A DNA stretch of 46,321 nt, counting the filler, from Catajapyx aquilonaris (taxonomy: Eukaryota): the NCBI GenBank assembly GCA_000934665.2. It is 2 parts of 2 records of this genome, joined end to end, with 100 filler letters (N's around TTAATTAATTAA, not from the genome) between each part and the next. Parts side by side here need not be neighbours in the genome. Positions count along the whole stretch, not along the records: positions 23,244 to 46,321 come from JYFJ02005768.1; 1 more part is not named here. One strand, written 5' to 3'. A program made the position numbers and the translations under genes. Below the pieces are notes generated by a model. The model saw only the letters and a program-made list of their open reading frames with translations, did not search any database and was not told where the DNA came from. Shown here one piece after another: positions 45,839 through 46,321 of the stretch. Within the stretch, counting starts at the first letter, position 1. Each line of letters starts with the position of its first letter.

Positions 45839-46321
45839 CTTGTCATAGATACAATCCTGCTCCATTGAAAAAATACTTGTGGATCGCTGCAAGAGCTAAT
45901 AATAAATTGATATGAAGAAATATGAAGAAAAAGAGCTAATATTCTGCTCGAGTATAATTTATTATGTGCAAGACGAAGTTCTCACCTACAATCCTGTAGT
46001 GTTGATGAGTACAAAATGAAGGACTAAAAATTGTCAAAAAAATTATCTAAAAATATGAACGTGGATCAGTTAAAACATATAATGCTCACTCTTTGAAACA
46101 TTATTTATTATGCACATATTTTAATAGGAGATTCCTGGTTACAATTAAGCATTGCGAATGGTTCAACGAGATTGATAGTATCTGATGCAGTTGTGAACTG
46201 GGTTGTCTGAAAATCAGGTATGACCGAGGGGTCCGCCAATGGGTCTGAATCTCGTACGCGGCCAAAATGAATCACTGAATCAACGTCTGAATCGCTGAAT
46301 CACTACATGAATCAGTGAATC

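Overview
Eukaryotic (invertebrate, probably arthropod-like) genomic DNA from a gapped draft assembly. It contains one recognisable protein-coding gene: a multi-exon NAB (NGFI-A/EGR-binding corepressor) homologue on the + strand. Its coding exons run from about 35.3 to 40.5 kb and I could join them in frame through GT-AG junctions (about 681 aa with the tentative first exon; the true 5' end is unresolved). The rest is non-coding and densely packed with short non-autonomous transposons: TA-flanked Tc1/mariner-type, 8-bp-TSD hAT/P-type and TAA-flanked Harbinger-type MITEs, several nested up to three deep, plus tRNA-derived SINEs and simple repeats. Most notable: (i) a ~1.9-kb foldback element downstream of NAB whose ~600-660-bp inverted arms each carry two tRNA-like Pol III modules; (ii) three miR-2-family K-box sites just after the NAB stop codon, plus a candidate alternative last exon that would skip both them and a SUMO motif; (iii) a hairpin MITE family with asymmetric ends whose target flanks mimic its termini; (iv) an artificial 100-bp N44-TTAATTAATTAA-N44 linker at 23144-23243, so the two halves of the window may not be truly adjacent. 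I found no prokaryotic systems, CRISPR arrays, rRNA genes or intact transposase ORFs.
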